Positions 61,904 through 64,000 of a stretch of 64,000 nucleotides of DNA are shown here, one piece after another. A model generated the notes under the pieces. The model did no database searches. It saw nothing but the letters and a program-made list of their open reading frames with translations, and was not told the DNA's origin. The position numbers and the translations under genes are program-made. Position 1 is the first letter of the stretch. Each line of letters opens with the position of its first letter. This DNA is from Merdibacter massiliensis (lineage in GTDB: Bacteria; Bacillota_I; Bacilli_A; Erysipelotrichales; Erysipelotrichaceae), in NCBI RefSeq assembly GCF_900155395.1, contig NZ_LT699727.1, forward strand, positions 274,173-338,172, in the 5' to 3' direction.

Positions 61904-62941
61904 CTATTCTTCTTTTTTGTAAAGATCCTCGATCACTTTGCTCATATATTCCATCAAAGCAACGACTCGATTGTACTGCATGCGCGTTGGTCCAATGATC
62001 ATCAGCTGTCCCTCTTCATCTTTTGACAAGTGGAACTTGCTGGAGACAACTGCCATATCATCTACCTGAATCAGCTCATTATCACCGCCGATTTCAATGG
62101 CCACATTTCCTTCATGATTGGCCAGCTGGCGAAACAGCGAACTGTCTTCCAAGACCTTCATCACTTCCCGCAGTTTATTGATATCTGCAAATTCCGGCTG
62201 ATAAAGCATATTGCTTTGTCCGCTGCAATACACCTTGTCACTGGCAAACTTCATAAAGGCTGATACAAAAGCTTCAAACAATACTTCATGACGTGTAACC
62301 TGAGCCGCCAGCAGCGGTTCAAGCTCTTTCATCTTTTCAACGACATCTTTGATCGGCGTACCGCTCAATTTATCATTGAGCAGATCCGTACAGGTCTTCA
62401 GATCTTTCAAGCTTACATCTGTTTCAAAATGGAACGTCTTGTTCTCAGTGTGCCCATGATCGGTAATAAAGATGGCAACTGCACTTCGACTGGAAATAGG
62501 AACCAGTTGAATGTGCTGCAATGTTTGATACTTGCTTTCCGGACCCAAGACGACTGATGTCAGATGGGTCATCTGCGACAGAATATCACAGCTTTTCTTG
62601 ACAATCTCGTCCATGGAATAATGGCGTTCGCTGAACACCTGCTGTAAAGAATATTTGACATTGCTGTCCAACTCTTTTTCCATCAAATGTTCAACATAGA
62701 ACCGATACCCTTTTCTGCTAGGGATACGTCCACTGGAGGTATGTGTCTTTTCCAGCAGACCGACGTCTTCCAGGACTGCCATTTCATTACGAATGGTTGC
62801 ACTGGAACATTGAAAGTCCAGAAGGTTCATCAACGTCTTTGAGCCGACCGGCTCTGCCGTTCTTGTAAACTCATCAACGATTGCTTTAAAGATGGCAATC
62901 TGCCGTTGTGTCAGCATCACGCTCACTCCCTTCTCTAGCAC
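61904..62941 (-). CDS. hrcA: Heat-inducible repressor HrcA (alternative start at internal ATG about 62917 with RBS AAGGGAG)
   Basis: LTQRQIAIFKAIVDEFTRTAEPVGSKTL wHTH; first gene of hrcA-grpE-dnaK-dnaJ. Confidence 0.9.
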   Translation of the reverse strand: MLEKGVSVMLTQRQIAIFKAIVDEFTRTAEPVGSKTLMNLLDFQCSSATIRNEMAVLEDVGLLEKTHTSSGRIPSRKGYRFYVEHLMEKELDSNVKYSLQQVFSERHYSMDEIVKKSCDILSQMTHLTSVVLGPESKYQTLQHIQLVPISSRSAVAIFITDHGHTENKTFHFETDVSLKDLKTCTDLLNDKLSGTPIKDVVEKMKELEPLLAAQVTRHEVLFEAFVSAFMKFASDKVYCSGQSNMLYQPEFADINKLREVMKVLEDSSLFRQLANHEGNVAIEIGGDNELIQVDDMAVVSSKFHLSKDEEGQLMIIGPTRMQYNRVVALMEYMSKVIEDLYKKEE

Positions 62942-62978
62942 TCATCCCTTACGTCTGCTAACAGTATATTCCTAATTT

Positions 62979-63005
62979 TTAGCACTGTCAACACTTTAGT
63001 GCTAA
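62979..63005. promoter_or_regulatory. CIRCE element TTAGCACTg-N8-tTAGTGCTAA; second degenerate copy TAGCACTC-N9-GTCTGCTAA at about 62940-62965
   Basis: Matches CIRCE consensus TTAGCACTC-N9-GAGTGCTAA. Confidence 0.75.
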
Positions 63006-63089
63006 AAATTGAAATTTTCTCCTTTTTTTTAAAATTCATGCAAGAAAATCCCCTCTTATTTTGTATATAAGATGAAGGAGGATAAAGTT

Positions 63090-63776
63090 ATGAAAAAGCA
63101 AATGATTCTTTGGTTATGTGCCTGCGTTCTCATCCTATTTGGTTGTCAGGCAGACGACTCGACAACCATCTCTTTAAAAAGTGCCGTTCTATCTTGTGAC
63201 CAGGAAGAAATCACGACGACAGAATCAGCAGAAATCACTTATAAAATCGATCCGGAAAGTGTACGATTAGATGAAGACTGTTTTTATGCAAATGGCGGAG
63301 AAATTACATTACAAGACAACTCCATTCTTTTTCAAAGCAAAGAACCTGGAACTTATGAAATCTTTTTGAGCAAAGACGATATCAAAAGCAATACCATCAC
63401 TATTCAAGTAATAGAAAAAGACTCTGCAGCTGATTTGACAAAGCCGTCAATAAGCGATGAGGCAAAAGATGTGGAAGCGCAAGAAGTTGTGCCCCAAAAT
63501 GCACCAAGCAACCTTGATTATTTTTTCGAAAATGCACAAGCTTATCTAGATACTTCTGTCCCGGTATGGGTACAGGGCGATTTGCCGCAAGCACAAATAG
63601 CAGATGAGGATGGAACGATGCAAACGATTTTGTACAATGATGATCATACTCGTTATGTCATTTTAAAAGGGGAAGTCGACATTGGCAGCTGCAGAGCAGC
63701 AGTAAGCGGTTTATTAAGCAAAGATGCGAACGGCCATTACGTGATCGATGTTGACACCATCCAGCAAATCAAATAA
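63090..63776 (+). CDS. Hypothetical lipoprotein
   Basis: Signal peptide with lipobox LFGC; RBS AGGAGG. Confidence 0.6.
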   Translation: MKKQMILWLCACVLILFGCQADDSTTISLKSAVLSCDQEEITTTESAEITYKIDPESVRLDEDCFYANGGEITLQDNSILFQSKEPGTYEIFLSKDDIKSNTITIQVIEKDSAADLTKPSISDEAKDVEAQEVVPQNAPSNLDYFFENAQAYLDTSVPVWVQGDLPQAQIADEDGTMQTILYNDDHTRYVILKGEVDIGSCRAAVSGLLSKDANGHYVIDVDTIQQIK

Positions 63777-63803
63777 AGTAAGCCTTGAAAGAAGGGGAGA
63801 TTT

Positions 63804-64000
63804 GTGATTCCACAACAGGAAATAGAAAGAGTCGTAAAACAATACAGCGACTCTTTGCTGCGTTTAGCACTCCATCATGTTCATGAAACGGCACAGGCGC
63901 AGGATATCGTACAAGATGTATTTCTTCAATATATCAAGCATAATGAATCTTTCGCCAATATGCAGCATGAAAAAGCTTGGCTGTTTCGTGTAACGATCAA
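63804..64000 (+). CDS. ECF-type RNA polymerase sigma-70 factor, N-terminal fragment (runs off window)
   Basis: Region 2 pattern AQDIVQDVFLQY...WLFRV; GTG start after GAAGGGGAG. Confidence 0.55.
   Translation, partial: MIPQQEIERVVKQYSDSLLRLALHHVHETAQAQDIVQDVFLQYIKHNESFANMQHEKAWLFRVTI

Overview
This is a low-GC Firmicutes chromosomal segment, dense with housekeeping genes, mostly on the minus strand. Left to right it carries:
- accC (partial), accB, acpP and a MarR/FabT-like regulator
- a PMCA-type P-type ATPase with a structured leader
- a repeat-rich DUF2812 protein and a nitroreductase
- infC-rpmI-rplT with an L20-leader attenuator
- tRNA-Lys(CTT), a CapA-like lipoprotein, deoxyinosine DNA glycosylase and rimO
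- perR-rubrerythrin and yhaM
- a glycolipid locus: GT4::RecX fusion, UPF0104 flippase-like protein, second GT4
- xpt, LMW-PTP, an ABC-2 exporter, a LUD-domain protein, an XRE regulator, a PHP phosphatase, hflX, an amidase, tRNA-Glu, acpS, deoD and pepF
- a YdjI-like SPFH protein plus a Tim44-like zinc-ribbon protein
- a 1.3 kb gene-poor island, then sufC-sufB, UPF0237/UPF0210, tex, a Qnr-like pentapeptide-repeat protein, pepT and darA
- two partially duplicated tRNA operons, the second bracketed by an IS1634-family element with a 64-bp target duplication
- DUF349, HAD, rlmD-like, csoR-copA, an HdeD-like protein, EamA, an IS110-family element, a thioesterase
- the hrcA-grpE-dnaK-dnaJ operon with CIRCE, a lipoprotein and a partial ECF sigma factor.

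No CRISPR array and no rRNA were seen. The most notable candidates are:
- a yybP-ykoY-like Mn2+ riboswitch in the P-type ATPase leader
- the GT4::RecX fusion
- the tandem-repeat::DUF2812 protein
- the 64-bp target duplication that copies a tRNA promoter
- the Qnr-like protein
- the SPFH and zinc-ribbon gene pair
- a 1.3 kb non-coding island.
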